The translations under genes were made by a program, and so were the position numbers. From assembly GCF_963921235.1 (NCBI RefSeq), contig NC_086097.1:209438001-209502000 (forward strand): a DNA stretch of 64,000 bases. Direction: 5' to 3'. The DNA is from Mobula hypostoma (taxonomy: Eukaryota). Of this stretch, positions 60,679 to 64,000 are shown piece after piece. The notes under the pieces are model-generated. The model had not been told where the DNA came from and searched no databases. It was given only the letters and a program-made list of their open reading frames with translations. How positions within the stretch are numbered: the stretch's first letter is position 1; the number at the start of each line of letters is the position of its first letter.

Positions 60679-62039
60679 ATTCCCATTTTGCACTGATTGT
60701 GGTCACCAGGTCTTTACCCTCTCTAGCAGTCAACTGTGGTCATATAAAAGCAGGATTAAAATCTTTTATCATCTTGTTCTGTTTCCTCATTCCTTATCCA
60801 TTACTTGTTAGCTTCACAGGCAAAAGATTCATAACTAATATTGAAACATCAGTTCTTATCCTTCTTAAGCTTTCGCATTCTTCTGCAAAAGCCTTATCTC
60901 TCTCCTTTAGAAGTTTGCTCACACTCCATTGTACATCTTAGAGCTTTGCATGCCTAGCATTTTGGAATGGCAATATGCAACCAACTTTCAATGATCCTTA
61001 TTACATATGGATCACAGAGTCGACAATTCAGCCTCATACTGTTATACTGGTGTATCCCTGCCTATTATTACCCAGAAAGGCAAGTTCACTGTCACATGCT
61101 CTGCAATAAACCCATTTAATGTTGTTGCCACTGTCCATCCTGAATTTGTCCCTGTTCAAGCACGAGTAGGATGGGCAATTTTACCTAACGGTTAAATCCA
61201 GTTGGACAGATTAGATTGAATATCTGAGACAAACACTCTGGAGGTAATTATATATAAAATTATTAGTAAAACTTAATTACAGAACTACAACATTGATAAA
61301 ATTAATTATTGTATAAGTTTTTCCCAACCTAAATGATCGTGACTTACTGTAAGAATCCCCTAATTCCTGTTAGTTTAAACTCAAACTATTAATCCCATTA
61401 CAATGCAAACTCTGTGTGATCAGAAGTGAAATATCCTATGCTAGTTCATCTGTGCCCATAGTTTTGAATGGCAACTAACTGAAGTAACCCTTCCAACTCA
61501 GAATTTCAAATACTATATGAGGCAGCTTGATCAGGATCAGTTGGTCCCAGTGCAGTATTCCTCTGTTGGCAAAGAGCTACAATCTTTTTTTCATGAATCA
61601 GCACAATGTAATCAATGCAGGCTTTTAAAATTTTTGAAGATGTTCTTGCATATGTCAAATTATTTTGAAGGTGGAATTCATTCCAGCTTTATTTACAATG
61701 AGCAACTCAAGAAGAACAGCAGTCAACAAAGTTACCTTTAAAATCCTGTCAGCTGTATCATTGCTTGCCGATTCAAAAAATGTGGTCACTCCTTACAACT
61801 GGTCAAACTATTATGCAGGGCTTGCACCAGACCTTACAAAAAATATGACAGATGTTATAACAGAAAGGGTGTGGTGCAAAAGAGAGTTATAAAGAACGGG
61901 AGGCGGGAGGACATCAAAGAATTTGAACATGAAGAAAGTAATTTTAAATTGGAGATATTGGATGAACACGTACCATATGTAACTCAGCAAGTGCAGACGT
62001 GATACTTGAGTGCCAACAGAGCTTTTGATTTGCTGAGCA

Positions 62040-63260
62040 GCAATCCAGAAAAAGTGGGCATAGATTTAACATGAGGATGAGATATTTAATAGAAATCTGC
62101 AGGGCAACTTTTTCACCAGGGAATAGTCCATATATAGAATCAGCTGCCAAAGGAAGTGGTTAAAGCAGGTACATTAATAATATTTGAAAGGTACTTGGAC
62201 AGGTAAATGGATAAGAACATTTTAGAAGGATATTGGCCAAACACAGGCAAATGGGACTAGCATAAACAAAAATCTTGGTCGCTATGAACCATTTGGGCTG
62301 AAGAACCTGCTTCTGTGCCGGATGACTCTGACATAATAAACACCACTGAAACACCTTCAATAAATTCACTAAAGGCACAACTGTTGTTGAGAGAATGTCA
62401 AATGGAAATCAGGAAGTGTACAGGAGTGAGATAAGTTGAATGGTTGAATGCAGTCGCAACAACCTCGCACTCAGTGTCAGCAATATCAAAGAATTGATTG
62501 TGAACATCATGAAGGGGAACTTGGGAGTCTTCACTGAGCTGTCAGCAGTGGAAAAAGTGAGCAGCTTCGCGTTTCTGGGAGTCAACATCTCAGAGGATCT
62601 ATCAACACATTGGTGCAATCACAAACAAGACATGCCAGTGGCTCTGTAGGAGTTCAAGGACATTCGATATGCCACCAAAGACTCTCACACATTTCTATAC
62701 ATGTAGAGTGGAGAGTATTCTGACTGGTCGCATAATAGCCTGGTATGGAGGTTCCAACATGTAGGATCGCAAGAGGCTGCAGAAGGTTGTAGACTCAGCC
62801 AGTTTCATCATGGGTATAACCTTCCCCACCTTTGAGGATATCTTCAAGAGGCTTTACTTTAAGAAGGCATCATCCGAGACATGCACTTTTCTTGCTACTG
62901 CAGGGAGGAGATATTTCAGCCTGAAGGCTCGCATTCAGCAATTCAGAAAATGCTTTCTCCCCGCTGCCATCAGATTTCAGAACTGTCCGTGAATCCATGA
63001 ACATTATCCTGTTATTATATTTTTGTGTAATTTATTTATTTTGTAATTTAGAGTAAGTTCATGTCTTTGCACTGCACTACTACTGAGAAACAACAAATTC
63101 AACTTCATATAAGACAAAGATAATAACCCTGATTCTGATTCTGACATGGATGGGAAAGGTTTAATGTGAAATGCAGGCAAATGGATCTACCTTAGCTACA
63201 GTCTTAGTCAGCATGGGTGATCTAGAGCTAAAGTGCCTACGTCCCTGCTGTATTACTCTA
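62040..63260 (+). mobile_element. CR1 tail, Rex1/Babar-like 3' fragment (about 62360-63145) and a further CR1 tail
   Basis: NNLALSVSNIKELIV, FLGVNISEDL, attctgattctga tail; flanking CR1-type tails. Confidence 0.75.
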
Positions 63261-64000
63261 GGACCCTGAACATGGCCACCTCTTTTGTACTGGTCCATGT
63301 TGATTACATTGGCGCAGACTGTGCACCTCCCTCGTTGCCATTTCCCAAAAGGACCATTGGCTAACAGCTTGCACATTACAACAAAATATTCCCTCAGTTT
63401 TAAAGCCACTGGTACATCCTAAGTGTCACAATAGGTACCATATTCTGCAAGTTCTTTCTTTCTTTCATTGTGCAGTCATTTTGGCACAGTATTTACAACT
63501 TCTATTTTTGAGATTGGAAATTAAGTTTGAAAACCAATAATTGCATAGTGTAAATATTTTGTGCTTTGCAATCAGACAGTAAACTAAGCCCATGCACCAT
63601 CACTCTTAGACTGAAACGAATGTTTTAACTGTGCTTAATAAGAGGTGCTGAGTAATAAACCTTTAATTATCATGTTATAAGGAATAAGTATATGCCTGGC
63701 AAGGAACTGAGATGTTAAAAGTATTTATAGGCTACCAGTAATAAATGCTGTGGAAAATGCAGCTATTTTGTTGAAGTACAAACAGCTTCTTCCCCTCTGC
63801 CAGCCGATTCCTGAATGGACTTTGAAGCTTTGGACACTACCTCACTTTTTTAATATACAGTATCTCTGTTTTTGCACATTTTAAAATATATTCAATATAC
63901 ATAATTGATGTACTTGTTTATTTATTATTATATTTTATTTATTTTTTTCTCACTCTCTTTCTGCTAGATTATGTATTGCATTGAACTGCTGCTGCTAAGT

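Noticed and set aside
1..64000. Most ORFs in the supplied six-frame track
   Set aside because: They are antisense or off-frame readings of decayed LINE, PLE or ERV sequence, or chance ORFs in AT-rich introns. The real gene is spliced and appears only as exon-sized pieces.
56118..64000. Further exons of the PLAT gene (e.g. ORF 61665-61892)
   Set aside because: No phase-0 acceptor followed by a PLAT-like peptide was found; the next exon is probably beyond the window.

Overview
Vertebrate genomic DNA, most likely a cartilaginous fish such as a ray or shark (inferred only from HE1-type V-SINEs and HER1/CR1-type LINE tails). The window lies inside one large + strand gene. I traced 12 phase-compatible exons (1898 nt, 632 codons, no stop; start and end lie outside the window) encoding tandem PLAT/LH2 domains (LOXHD1-like or RP1-long-isoform-like); one intron uses a GC donor. 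The introns are packed with nested, mostly decayed transposons: CR1/HER1 LINEs (one near full length), Rex1/Babar-like LINEs, an RTE element with a 14-bp TSD, Penelope-like elements (PLEs) carrying about 11 minimal hammerhead ribozyme motifs, a class III (ERV-L/S-like) provirus with LTRs, tRNA-Ser PBS, PPT and 5-bp TSD, and a 3' fragment of a HERO-like RLE retrotransposon. The most unusual signal is in the HERO-like 3' UTR (minus strand, 16682-16755): all hammerhead core motifs and stems I and III are present, but in a strand order that matches none of types I, II or III, together with a kink-turn-like motif. A second candidate structured RNA sits at the exact 5' end of the RTE element. All calls were made by eye, no searches or folding programs were run, and TE boundaries without TSDs are approximate.
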